Shown piece by piece: positions 26,175-38,874 of a stretch of 64,000 nt of DNA; positions within the stretch are counted from its first letter, which is position 1, and each line of letters opens with the position of its first letter. The notes below the pieces were generated by a model. The model saw only the letters and a list, made by a program, of their open reading frames with translations. It did not search any database and was not told the DNA's origin. The position numbers were made by a program, and so were the translations under genes. Source of the DNA: Octopus vulgaris (taxonomy: Eukaryota); assembly GCA_951406725.2 (NCBI GenBank), contig OX597824.1, positions 84,816,001 through 84,880,000 of the forward strand, written 5' to 3'.

Positions 26175-27506
26175 GAGGTGTCCCAAAAAGATCTGCTCAC
26201 TCTTTGACTTCCCAGTACTCATGCATTTTGTGTTTTTGTGTTCAGGTAGATGTTTCTTGATATGGAATCCTACAATCCCAAAAAGTTAAATTAAATTCAG
26301 GAAAATGAATTGTTGCAGAAACGATTATTTATTGTCATTTAGAATTTTTTAATGTTCTCTCTCGTTCCTGCGTGTTCGCAAATGTTCAAACTGCCTTCCT
26401 TCATTTTTCCAAACAAAGCTGATAAACGTCCAACAATGGATTCGACAACATTGCCAAACATTTCATTTGGAATTGCGAGACATTGTATTCGAATTTCATT
26501 TTTCAAATCATCAATTGTCACTGGTTTTGCAGCGTAAACCTTATCTTTGAGAGGAGATGTCCCCATAAAAAAAAATCCATTGGCGTGAGGTCTAGGGAAC
26601 GTGCCCTCCCAATCCATTTGTTTGGATTTGTTGCATCGAGGTAAACCAGTAGATCACGATGGCAGTAAGAAGGAGCGACATCTTCCTGGAAGTAAAACTC
26701 CTCGTCCCCAAACATCTCTTCAATTCGTGGACCGACATTTTCCATCAGTAAGTTTAAGTAAACTGGGCCACTGACAATTTGGTCAAAAAAAAAATGGTCC
26801 AACGATACCCAATGTTGACCTCCCACACCACACTGTGTAAGTTCAGATGGTGTTCCATAGTAAAATGTGGATTTTCACGGACCCAGTATATGCAATTATG
26901 TTGGTTGACTGAACCATTCAACTTGAAGGAGGCCTCATCGTTCCATAAGATTTTCTCTGGAAACGTTGCATCCTCTGCGAATTTGTTCAGATACCATTCG
27001 CAAAATTGAACTCTACGATCAGGACCATCTTCATTGAGGGCTTGAATTAATGTTGGAACGTAACTTTTCCAATGAGCTCGTTTCAAAATCCGATGAACAC
27101 TCGATTCTGGGATTCCTATCTCACGACTCAATTGTCTTACGGATTTCTTTGGGGATCGGGAAAGGGTTTCCATTAATTGGTTGTGTCTACTGGGGCTGGT
27201 GGATGTTCGTGGTCTTCCAGAGTGTTGCTCACTAACGTTCTGAACAGTTCCGTATGCTTCAAATTTATCTCTGATGCGAGCAATAGTGCGTAGTGTTGGT
27301 GGTGTCTTCTGAAACTGTCTGTTAAATTGTCTTTGCTCTTCCGTGACATTTTCGTGCTTCCAGTAGCACTTTAATATAATTCTTTTTTTCCCTCAAACGT
27401 TAGTTGTGCATTTGCTATTGTGAAGGGTTGGTTGCGTCTGAAATAAAAAAAATACAATACATTAGTAATCGTCTGTCAAAGAGTGAGTACATCTGTTTGG
27501 GATAAC

Positions 27507-27509
<3 letters not shown>
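26175..27509 (-). mobile_element. Tc1/mariner superfamily transposon, DD41D(rosa/VS)-like, decayed
   Basis: ~34-bp TIRs with TA flanks; motifs [28 protein letters not shown] and DLTPMDFFLWG; frameshifts. Confidence 0.85.
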
Positions 27510-27591
<82 letters not shown>

Positions 27592-27807
27592 GGAATAAAT
27601 CCAAACTTACAGGGAAAAATTAGATTTAGAATTAAATCCAATTTTATAGTATAAATATATTATATTATATTATATTAAATCAGAGATAAAACCACTATTA
27701 GGCAAATCAAACAGTGAAAAACATAAGCCAATACATAAAATTAATTTAAAAATATAAAAGTTAAAAATTAAAAAATTATTAAAATAATTTAAACTTATAA
27801 ATTTTAA

Positions 27808-27862
<55 letters not shown>

Positions 27863-28272
27863 ATGTATATTTTTATATTTATATATTATTTTGTTTATAA
27901 ATTAATTAATTTATTTATTTTTTATTTATTTTTTTTTATATTTAAAAAAAAATTTTTTTTAATATAAATATCAAAAGTATTAAAAGTTTAATATATATAT
28001 ATATATATATATATTACTATTATTATTATATGTGTGTGTGTGCGTGTGTGTGTGTGTATATATATATACATGTTCTTATCTCTTACCTGTTTCAGTCATT
28101 AGACTGCGGTCATGCTGGAGCACCGCCTTGAGGAATTATTCGTCGAATGAATCGAACCCCGTACTTGCTTTTAAGCCTTGTGCTTATCATATCGGTCCTT
28201 TTGCTGGACGACTAAGTTACGACTGTCAAGCGGTGGTGGGGGACAGACAGTCGTAAATGCAAACATACATAT

Positions 28273-28674
28273 ACTCTTTACTCTTTTACTTGTTTCAGTC
28301 AGTTGACCGTGGCCATGCTGGAGCACCGCCTTTAGTCGAGCAAATCGACCCCAGGACTTATTCTTTGTAAGCTCAGTACTCATTCTATCGGTCTCTTTTG
28401 CCGAACCGCTAAGTGACGGGAACGTAAACACACCAGCATCGGTTGTCAAGCAATGCTAGGGAGACAAACACACTCACACAAACACACACACGCATATATA
28501 TATATATACATATATACGACAGGCTTCTTTCAGTTTCCGTCTACCAAATCCACTCACAAGGCATTGGTCGGCCCGGGGCTATAGCAGAAGACACTTGCCC
28601 AAGATGCCACGCAGTGGGACTGAACCCAGAACCATGTGGTTGGTAGGCAAACTACTTACCACACAGCCACTCCT
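28273..28674 (-). mobile_element. SINE family A, with flanking partial copies at 28072-28250 and 28750-28838
   Basis: reverse complement of 10023..10438. Confidence 0.9.
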
Positions 28675-29616
28675 ATATATATATTTACTCATATATATAT
28701 ATTTACACACACACACACACATATATATATACACACACACGCACGCACACACACCGGGCTTCTTGCAGTTCCCGTCCACCAAGTCCAAGGCTTTGGTCGG
28801 TCCGAAGCTATAGCAGAAACACTTGCCCAAGGTGCCATCATATGTATGTATGTATGTGTGTGTGTATGTGTGCATGTATGTATGTATGTATGTATGTATG
28901 TATTTATGTATGTATGTATGTATGTATGTACGCATGTATGTATGTGTATATATGTATGTATGTATGTATATGTGTATGTATACATGCATTTATGTATACG
29001 TGCATGCATGTATGTATGCGTGCATGCATGCATGTATGTATGTATGTATGTATGTATGTATGTATGTATGTATGTATGTATGTATGCATGTATGTATGCA
29101 TGTATGTATGTATGCGTGCATGTATGCATGTATATGTATGTATGCGTGTATGTATGTATGTGTGTAAGTATGCATGTATGTATGTGTATATATGTATGTG
29201 CGCATACAAGCGTATGTGTGTGTGTGTGTGCGTGTGTGTGTATGTATGTGCGCATACATGCGTGTGTGTGTATGATGTCTAGACATACTGATATATCTGT
29301 AAATTATTGTTGTCGTTGTTGTTGTTGCTGTTGTAGCCGACCATTTTCCCCCTCTGCGGTTGAAATTGTTTTATGGCTGATATTTGCTTTGTGGTGGTCT
29401 TCGGTGGTTTGTCGTGTTTCTACATGAATATACTTTCTCTAAAGAATGTTGCTGAGACATTGGAACGATTTTCTTCCCTCTCCGCTCGATGTAGCAAAAG
29501 TCTGACTTCATTAATTGTCGTGTTTGGCGGGAAGGCTTTTTGCTGAAATTTCGAAAATACATGCTTCAATGGTAGCGTCAATGATAATGATTTATCGAGA
29601 TATTTGAAGTTCCCGT

Positions 29617-29773
29617 AATGATGATGGTGATGATGATGATGATGAAGATGATGACGACGACGATGATGACCACGATGGTGAGTATAATGACGATGATGTT
29701 GATGATGATGACGATAATGATAGTGAGGAGGAGGACTATGACGACGACGACAATGACAACGAGATGATGATGG

Positions 29774-29807
<34 letters not shown>

Positions 29808-29913
29808 GGTGGGTGTAGTGGTGGTGATGATGATGATGATGATGGTGATGATGATGGTGGTGGTGGTGGTGGTGGTGGTGGTGGTGGTGGTGGTGATGAT
29901 GGTGATGATGATG

Positions 29914-29944
<31 letters not shown>

Positions 29945-30094
29945 TGATGATGTTGATGATGATGAGGAGGAGGAGGAGGACAACGACAATGACAACGAAA
30001 GGACGATGATGAGGATATTGATAATGATAACGATGACGACGATGATGACAATTATGGTGATGATGACGATAATTATGATGACGACGATGACGAC

Positions 30095-30130
<36 letters not shown>
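29617..30130. repeat. Compound (GAT/GGT/GAC)n microsatellite
   Basis: direct reading. Confidence 0.93.
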
Positions 30131-30364
30131 CAAAGGATGTGATCCTCGAATACCGAAAGCACAATTTCCGCCGGTCCAGTACATGTTGCAAGGTTCACAG
30201 ACAGCAGGTGAACCCACGCAAGTTGCCAATGGATATCCAAGTAATTGGAGAGGAGGGGTAAGGCCACTCGAAAGGCCTCCAAGACGATAATAAAACGATA
30301 TCGACCGAGACAGGAAAAAAAAAGGATGAATCGATGATGATAATGATGACGAGGAAGAAGAAAA

Positions 30365-30468
<104 letters not shown>

Positions 30469-30491
30469 ATGTGCGTGTATGTATTTATGTA

Positions 30492-31345
30492 CGAGGTCTG
30501 ATCAATAAGTATCCGGACTGTTACCATAGTAACGATACTAAAGCACGCAGAATGGACCTTGAACTCAGCTGTGCATGCGCACTAAGTTTTAACGTTCTAG
30601 CTGGCTTCCGCTATTTACAGCAGTGTTTGGAAGGAAGGTGTGTTGCGTCAAATCGTCGCATTGACCATGGCTTAGAAAGTTGTCAAGGCTATACCTGCTC
30701 AGAGGCCAACACAAAGTTGCAGAAAATGTATGGCGAGGAATGTATGAGCTGCACACAAGTGTACGAGTGGTTCAGACGTTTCAAAATGGCCGAAAAAATG
30801 TCAATAGTCACGAACGTTCTGGGAGACCCGCAACCAGCAGGACTGAGAAAAACATCGCAGATGTGTGTGCAGCTGTGAGGGGAAATCGTCGAATCACCAT
30901 CCGTGAGTTATCAGAGGATGTGCGGATTAGTTACGGTTGAGTTCAGTCCATTATCACTGGAGATTAGGGTATGAGACGTGTGTCTGCCAAGTTTGTACCA
31001 AAACTGCTTTCAACTGACCAAAAGGACACTCGGGTTTCAGTTGCACAAGATATCCTTGATTGTGTCGAGAACGAGGAAAACTTTTTCAAAACTTTGCGTT
31101 AAGCTTTTGACAAAATTTGATGCAAATTCTCTGTTCAGCTTTCTCTGTCATGGTCAATGCAATGATCACACGCTACACACCTTCCTTCCAAGCACTGCTG
31201 TAAACAGCAGAAGTGAGATAGAACGTTAAAACTTTGTGCGCATGCACAACAGAGTTCAAGGTCAATCTCTGCCAGGCAGCTTCACTCTGCGTGCTTTAGC
31301 TTCGCTACTATGGCAACAGTCCAGATACTTATTGATCAACCCACA
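30492..31345 (+). mobile_element. Non-autonomous mariner derivative with two 5' ends
   Basis: TA flanks; mariner N-terminal HTH motifs (VYEWFRRFK, RSGRP, RRITIREL, KFVPKLL); right end is an inverted copy of the left end. Confidence 0.88.
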
Positions 31346-32154
31346 TATGTATGTATGTTCAGGGTGTGTAAGATTCAACCAGTACGTCGTTCCGGGGCTC
31401 GGATAGCAAAGAAGGGCCCATGATAGCAAAGAAGGGCCCATGACTATCTACAGGTCCCTCACCAACAAAAATATTCTTTACGACCCCCTTGAATATTGAA
31501 AGGAGCCTTACTTCGGGTGTTCCAAAGTAGTCAGTTTTCTCTCAGAGACCCAGTCTGTCTGTGTGTTTATGTATGTATGTATATTACCTTATGTACGATG
31601 GATTGTCTGCACTGAGACTAGTGAGCATCATCTACCCTTGACTATAGTGGGGTGGAGAGCTGTTGACTCTCCTGGGTTCCTTTGAACTTTAACGTGTCTT
31701 ATTCTTCATCCTGCTTCATGTCCAGAAATCGCCCTTCTCTCACCAAATAATTTTGGTATTGTTGCTGGTTTACTCGCCGACGACTTGACGATGCAACAGG
31801 TCATAGTCGGTTACATATTACCTGTATAAAGGACAAGAGAGATTGGAAATTATATTATGAAATTCATTAGCTAACAGTTGTTGCTGCTATAAGGTGCAGA
31901 GCTGATGCAAATGCCTTCCAAACTAAAAATGCACATCGTTTTCGAAGTCCAAGGAAGTTATAAGGTGCTCTGCGTGCACTCCGTCTTCAGCAGAAACAGC
32001 TGTAAGCCAATGAAGTTCATTGCGCGGTTTCCAGTTCCCTTGGCATTTACTTGATTTCATATTATGCTCTTTCCTCGTCTAAAGCTTTATTCTGAAGCGT
32101 ATCTATGTTGGGCTTTAACAACAGATTGTTCGTATCGTTGTGCCTTAGCAAAAT

Positions 32155-32227
<73 letters not shown>

Positions 32228-32516
32228 GAAGAATACTGAGAAAAGATTGAAAAGGCGTCGAAATTTTCATTTATGAGTGTCTGCGTGCGCGTGTGTGTGT
32301 ATGTGTGTGTACATTCTGTCTGTTACTAAAAAAGTTTGAACCTTTTAACATAGGGGAAGAATAGTTTTATTTTATATATTTATATGTATGGAAAATAAAA
32401 ATATAAAAGTGCGTCTTCACAGAATAAATGAATGAATGAATGAATGAATGAATGAATGAATGAATGAATGAATGAATGAATGTATGTATGTATGTATGTA
32501 TGTATGTATGTATGTA

Positions 32517-32579
<63 letters not shown>

Positions 32580-32824
32580 TTATATAGCCATGTCTATTTT
32601 ATGACCAGTTTTCTAAGAACTGTGGGTTTAAATATAAAAATAAATACATAAAATCGCTGTAAAGAGTACATTTCTGTAAATTGTGATTTTTACCTCCACA
32701 TTCATTTCGCTTTTTTTTTAATGGAAACATACAATAGGCGCAGGGGAGTGACTGTATCAAGGAAGGTCGCATTGTAACCACATTGCTTCGGGTTCAGTCA
32801 CACTGTGTGACACCTTGACCAACT

Positions 32825-33127
32825 TGGAGGTACGTGGCTTAGTGGTTAGAGCAGCGGACTCGCGGTCGAGGGATCGCGGTTTCGAATCTCAGACCGGGCG
32901 ATGTGTGTGTTTATGAGCGAAGCACCTAAGCTCCATGCGGCTCCGGCAGAAGGTACTGGCGAACCCTCTGCTGACTCTTTCGCCACAACTTTCTCTCCCT
33001 CTTTCCTCCTGCATCTTGCAGCTCACCTGCGACGGACCGGCGTCCCGTCCAGGTGCGGAACCTATACGCCAAGGAAACCGGGAAACCGGCCCTTATGAGC
33101 CAGGCGTGGCTCGAGAACGAACAAACA
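32825..33127 (+). mobile_element. tRNA-derived SINE, family D, nested in a family A SINE
   Basis: TSD accttgaccaact/accttggccaact at 32812-32824 and 33128-33140; host SINE resumes after it. Confidence 0.88.
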
Positions 33128-33624
33128 ACCTTGGCCAACTGGCTTTCACTATAGCTCCGAGCCGATTAATGCCTCGCGAGTGAACCTGGTGCAAGGAAAC
33201 TGTATGGAAGCCCATCGTATGAATGTGGAGGGGATGCATGTATGTGTTTGCCTCCCCACAACACTTGGCAACCGGTGTTGGTTTGTTTATGTCCCCCTGA
33301 TATCGTTGCTACGCACAATTGGCCAATAGAATAAGTACTTTTAAAAATAAGTTCTGTGATCGATTTGTTTCTCTAAAACCTTTCAAAGCGGTGCTCCAGC
33401 ACGACCCAACAACTTTATATATTATGGGACTCATTAACTTCACGTTCACTTCCACTGGTATTCAATCAGTTGGCTGGATTCGTCTCGTTGGCGCATCCAG
33501 TCAACTGATGAATTGGGAGAATTGCCAGAGAAAATGCATTGAGGTGTTCGTTTCAGTTCTTTAGTCTCTGAGTTGAAGTCTCACTGAGGTCTTCTATACT
33601 TTTCATACCCCGATTTTAACAATG

Positions 33625-34022
33625 ACTAGCAGTATCGCCCGGCGTTGCTCGGGTTTATTTTCTTTTCGACCCTTTAGAATTGGAATTTTTGAAAAGTAAA
33701 AATGTTGCATTATGTAGCTTGTTATTCTCTTTAAGTGAACATTTTTCTGGTTGAAATACACCGAAAAATGGCGACACAGCAGTGAAAACATCGTAAAAAA
33801 TAGGGATTTTCATAGAAAAAAAGCACCATTTTGATGTAAATAATTTTTGGTGTTAACATGGTCCGATTTGAATTTTTTCTTCTACGGAATGAAGAGCAAG
33901 CCTTCTTCTATCATACTCTCAATTTTGGTCAACTTGCGCCGCAGGGTCTCGGAGGAGATAGTGTTAGTTGAAGGCTACCAAACCTGCCATACACAGACAA
34001 CTTCAGTTTTATATATAGAGAT
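33625..34022 (+). mobile_element. Helitron/Helentron-like non-autonomous element
   Basis: ACTAG next to a GC hairpin (cccggcgttgctcggg) at one end, TATATATAGAGAT at the other; no TSD seen; terminal ~50 bp shared with 4932-4983. Confidence 0.6.
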
Positions 34023-34624
34023 TTTAATGTAGAGAAGAAAAAAAAAGCATTACGTAAGGTGTTTTTGAATGGTTATGGAACTAAGGGAGACAACTCAGAA
34101 TTTTTTTTAACGAGCCGACACGCTAGAGTTTACTACTTGAGATTAGAAACAAATAATTCGGCGGGGAGAAGAATAGTCTGATTTTCAGCAGTTATGGTAA
34201 TAACTCCGGATATGGTTTAGTCTTAGTTTAGCTCTATTTGCATCAGCATCATTAAATATTTTTTTAAATCGTTTATTTTACATTAACCATATTGTTCGCA
34301 GCTTCTTTTAAGTCAACTGGCTGTGATGTTTGGCATATTCACTGAAGATGGAAGGGAGATAACCTTGTTAAACATATCCAGAAACGGCAACAGACTCTCT
34401 TGTGGAGTTTCGTTGTTGAAAATGGTTTAAAACTTTCTTTGTCGATGAAGTTGATGAGAGAAACATAGAGACGTGATTATTCTTAATTATATAAGACGGC
34501 GAGCTGGCAAAATCGTTAGCACGCCGGGCGAAATGCTTAGCGGCACTTCATTTGGCTTTATGTTCTGAGCTCAAATTACACCGAGGTCGTCTTTGCCGTT
34601 CATCCATTCCGGGTTGACATAATA

Positions 34625-34801
34625 CCGTATTTTTAACGTGTATAAGACCGATAGAATAAGTACTAGGCCTTGGGGGTCAAAAATGTCTAAAAAATATGGG
34701 AGCTTCTTATTCATGGATAGTTTTATAACCCCTTACAAAACTTTTTTTCCAAATTTTAAGCCCCAAAAATTAGGGGAGACCTTATACATGTTAAAATACG
34801 G
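34625..34801. mobile_element. Small Tc1/pogo-type MITE nested in a SINE
   Basis: TIR ccgtatttttaacgtgtataag / cttatacatgttaaaatacgg with TA duplication; interrupts a family B SINE at 34495-34830. Confidence 0.8.
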
Positions 34802-34907
34802 TAAGTACCAATTGACCAGTGTGGTCATTTAACATGTATTTCATACTTTCGGTTGTTACGAAACCACTAATGATTTAACCAACTGGAACTAATTGGTAAA
34901 TTAACGC

Positions 34908-34944
<37 letters not shown>

Positions 34945-35124
34945 TGACTTGGCGCATTAACAAAGTAAAACTGGAAATAATTATGCGAGGTGAAAATTAA
35001 GACAAAAACAATGTAATCGCCAATCAGATCTCCATTTTGCTCGCAAATTCTTGGCCAGGGGGAACAACTCTGGACACGTTTAGCTTATTCTGACTTCAAT
35101 AACAAATCACTGCCTTCATCATAC

Positions 35125-35486
35125 TTACTCTTTTGCTTGTTTCAGTCATTTGACTGTGGTCGTGCTGCAGCACCGCCTTTTAGTCGAGTAAATCAACCCC
35201 AGGACTTATTCTTTGGAAGCCCAGTACTTATTCTATCGGTCTCTTTTGCCGAATCGCTAAATAACGGGGACGGTTGTCAAGCGATGTGGGGGAGGGGGAA
35301 CAAACATACACACACACATATATATATATACGACGGGCTTCTTTCAGTTTCCGTCGACCAAATTCACTCACAAGGCTTTGGTCGGCCCGAGGCTATAGTA
35401 GAAGACACTTGCCCAAGGTGCCACGCAGTGGGACTGAACCCGAAACCATGTGGTTGGTAAGCAAGCTACTTACCACACAGCCACCC
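35125..35486 (-). mobile_element. SINE family A; partial copies also at 9566-9770, 17284-17443, 47490-47650, 49290-49437 and 50280-50460
   Basis: sequence similarity. Confidence 0.87.
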
Positions 35487-35688
35487 TTGACTATTAGAGA
35501 TATTGCTGGACAATTGCGTTCATGACAGCTATTGAGCCAGAAACATGTCCACAACTGTCTTCGTGACAAAACCATAAGGCAGTCTTTTTCCTTAATGGAA
35601 TGTCGATACAGAAGATTATCTCCTTTTCTCATATGGAGCTGGTCTTGACGGTTGGCAATTGATATCCTCTAGAGGTGGAGATTATTAA

Positions 35689-35897
35689 CCCTTTCGTTAC
35701 TGTATTTATTTTGAGATTTTCTGCCTTTCTTTCAATTACTTTAAATATAACAAAGAATTCAGTAAAATCACTTAGTTGTCATTAAGCTAGTGTTAGGAAC
35801 AATTTGTGACTAAGGTTTGGTGGAAGATTTTAATTCAAAACTTTTGAAAAGACATTTGTACTCAGAGATGGTTTCAGCCGGGTTGGTATCGAAAGGG
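35689..35897. mobile_element. piggyBac-like MITE; related copies near 52634-53249 (split by a SINE), 56420-56600 and 57393-57609
   Basis: TTAA flanks, CCCTTTCG...CGAAAGGG termini. Confidence 0.82.
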
Positions 35898-37389
35898 TTA
35901 ATAAATCAGGAATTTATGTTGTATGGTATTTGATATGGCAGTTTATATAATACATAGACACACACAGTTTTGAATTCTTATAGTGATTATTATTTGTCGA
36001 TGGTCTTAAGAGAGAGGATGATTAATCTTGCAAACAAAATCTGGAAAAGAACTATTAAAATCTATTATTTTGCAGTTATAAATTACTAGTAAGCCTAAAA
36101 GTTGTGTGGAGCAGATCCGGATCCTCTCACTAAAAAATCTTGCCATTGCTGAAATAAAATTCTATCATCAAAGGATTCACTGAATTTATTTTTAAAATAG
36201 ATTAATCTGTGTGAATATTAAAAATAATCTTTAACAACCTTTTTAACAACCACAAATTCATATCAGGCTGAATGAAATCAACCAATACCAGTTTTTACAC
36301 CCATCTGACAACTTTAATTACATGCAATTTTTTTTCTTTTTACATAGAAATGGCATCCAACTGTTAAGACTATTATCAATCACATTACAGCATAGGCTGG
36401 TTGCATTTCATCATGCAGACCAGCACTAGAACGGTTGCCTACAGTGATTCCAGTGTCTTCTTCATCTTGCATCAGATTTTACTTGGCGTCATTACTTTCT
36501 GTGATGCGTTACCATAGCTACAGCTGGCTGAGTCACAGCTCTATAATTTCTTTTGTAACTGCAGAAGCAGTATAATTGAAGTGAAATATCTACCAGTAAA
36601 TGAAACCGCCTCAAGAAAGCTCACTTCTTGCGCAATATCTAAGTCAACTCTTTCCTATTTTCCAAGGTTAAGAAAATAATGTCCTATAAAAGCTCACACA
36701 GACTAAAATGACAATACATCATCATTTCTCTCTCAGTTTCATATTTAAATGTGTTAAATAGTAGTATTAAATCTTGTACATCATCATTGTTTAGCATCCG
36801 TTTTCTGTATTAGCACGGGTTGGACGGTTCGACTGGTGTCTGGGAAGCCAGGAGGCTGCACCAGGCTCCTGTCTGATCTGGCAGTGTTTCTACAGCTGGA
36901 TGCCCTTCCTAACGCCAACCACTCCGTGAGTGTAGTGGGTGCTTTTTACATGCCACCAGCACAGAAGCCAGTGCTGGCATTGGCCTTGATGGTGCTTTTT
37001 ACGTACCACTGGCACAGGTATCACAATTACAATTTCCATTTGATATTTATTCATTACATTTATTTTATATCCATGCAAAGTAACTGGATTTGTTATCCTT
37101 AATCTGTACAATAACTTTGAAGGTGGCACCTTATCATGGCCTCTGTCCAGTGACTGAGGCAAGCAAAAGAATAAAATAGAACAGAAGAGTTGACTAAATG
37201 CTCTAGGTTATTGAGCCTACTTTTGTGTGTTTCAAAAGAGTTCAAATCTCACAAGATTTACTGCCTTTCATCAATCAACCCTCTTGAGGTTGACGTCATC
37301 CTCATTTAACGCTTGTTTTCCATGCTGGCATGGGTTGGACAGCTTCACAGATGCTGGTAAGGCCAAGGGCCACACAGGTTCTCTAGTCT

Positions 37390-37627
37390 AAAGGCGGCGA
37401 GCTGGCAGAAACGCTAGCACGCCGGGCGAAATGCATAGCCGTATTTCGTCTGCCGTTACGTTCTGAGTTCAAATTCCACCGAGGTCGACTTTGCCTTTCA
37501 TCCTTTCGGGGTCAATAAACTAAGTACCAGTTACGCCAGTAACTGGGGTTGATGTAATCAACTTAATCCATTTGTCTGTCCTTGTTTGTCCTCTCTGTGT
37601 TTAGCCCCTTGTGGGTAGTAAAGAAAT
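37390..37627 (+). mobile_element. tRNA-derived SINE, family B, full length with 14-bp TSD
   Basis: TSD aggttctctagtct at 37376-37389 and 37628-37641; A box tggcagaa, B box gagttcaaattcc; body gcctttcatcctttcggggtc. Confidence 0.92.
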
Positions 37628-37954
37628 AGGTTCTCTAGTCTGTTTTAGCTTGGTTTCTATGGCTGGATGCCCTTCCTAACACCAACCACTCTACAGAGTG
37701 TACTTCATGCTTTTTATGTGGCACCAACACCTTTTACACAGCACCTAAAAGGCACTAGTGCTGATGTCACATAAAAGAGATTGATAAGTTAAATACCAAT
37801 TATAATATACAGGACAGACACAAGACTCACTCCCACTCCTCTAAAAAGAAATTAGTTAATTAGGTGACATGAGAATGTAATTTTTTTTTTTTTGTTTTTT
37901 TCCTTTTTAATCAAAATGAAAGAAGTGAAGTGAAAGATAAACAACAAGTCGTTA

Positions 37955-38843
37955 TTAACTGTTTATGGCTTCTTTATTAATGATAGATCACTTCAGCCAT
38001 ACCACCAACATAGTTAGAAATACGGAATCATTTTTGCTTCGGTCAATCACAACGCCTCCTGGCTAACTGCTATGAGGCACTGCACCATGGATTCCCCACC
38101 AACAAGTGTTGCTGTGGAAACAGCCGCTATTGTCCATTCAGCCAGCAAGTGTCCAGCATATAAATTTATCTTCATCCATGCACACAACACAGCCAAAAAA
38201 AGAACTCCTTGTAGCTAGGCAGCTTTGACAGAAATTCAGGTCTTACCAGGACCAACAAAACCTCAGAATTTTGGGTCAAATTTAAATTGGGGGAGGAGAG
38301 AGAAAAAAAAAAAAAAAAAAGAAAAATAAATGAGAAGTAATTGTTTTTTTCATTCCTTTTAATATTGTTGTGGTTGTGTTGTTTTGCTCTCCATCTTATT
38401 ATTTTAACAAATGTTTTTTTTGTAGATACCAATATATTATATAATATTATATTATTATTATTATTGTTATTAATTATTATTATCATTAGTTAACTTCCCA
38501 TTTCTCCTGTAAATGTGTTTTATTTCTTCAATGACTAACCTTCAACTTTCCACTGAGTGTGGAAACTCGCCAGTTTTAAAGCATAGTAGAATAAAGTGAG
38601 CTAGACCACACAGTCAGATCAAACCTACACCAGGGTTTTTTTACAGCGATTCAACAATGAACAGATTATATCAAACCAAATTTCAACCATAACTGACTCC
38701 TGCCCTTCATTGAGTTAAGATTATTTTTGTATGTAAAACAATATCAAATCTGTGCACATATGTAAACAACTGGGAACCTGTTGCAATATTTACTTTTGAG
38801 TAACTGCTTACAAATGTACACTATACATACATATATATATACC

Positions 38844-38874
<31 letters not shown>

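Noticed and set aside
27760-28030. Extremely AT-rich irregular stretch
   Set aside because: Degenerate (TA)n or low-quality consensus; no interpretable structure.
29420-30290. 269-aa minus ORF and 94-aa plus ORF with unique-looking ends
   Set aside because: Length comes from the trinucleotide array; flanks show no recognisable domain or splice pattern.
31990-32010. gaaacagctgtaag, identical to the 3' half of the 16.7 kb hammerhead motif
   Set aside because: No CTGANGA core or stem II at a suitable distance upstream.
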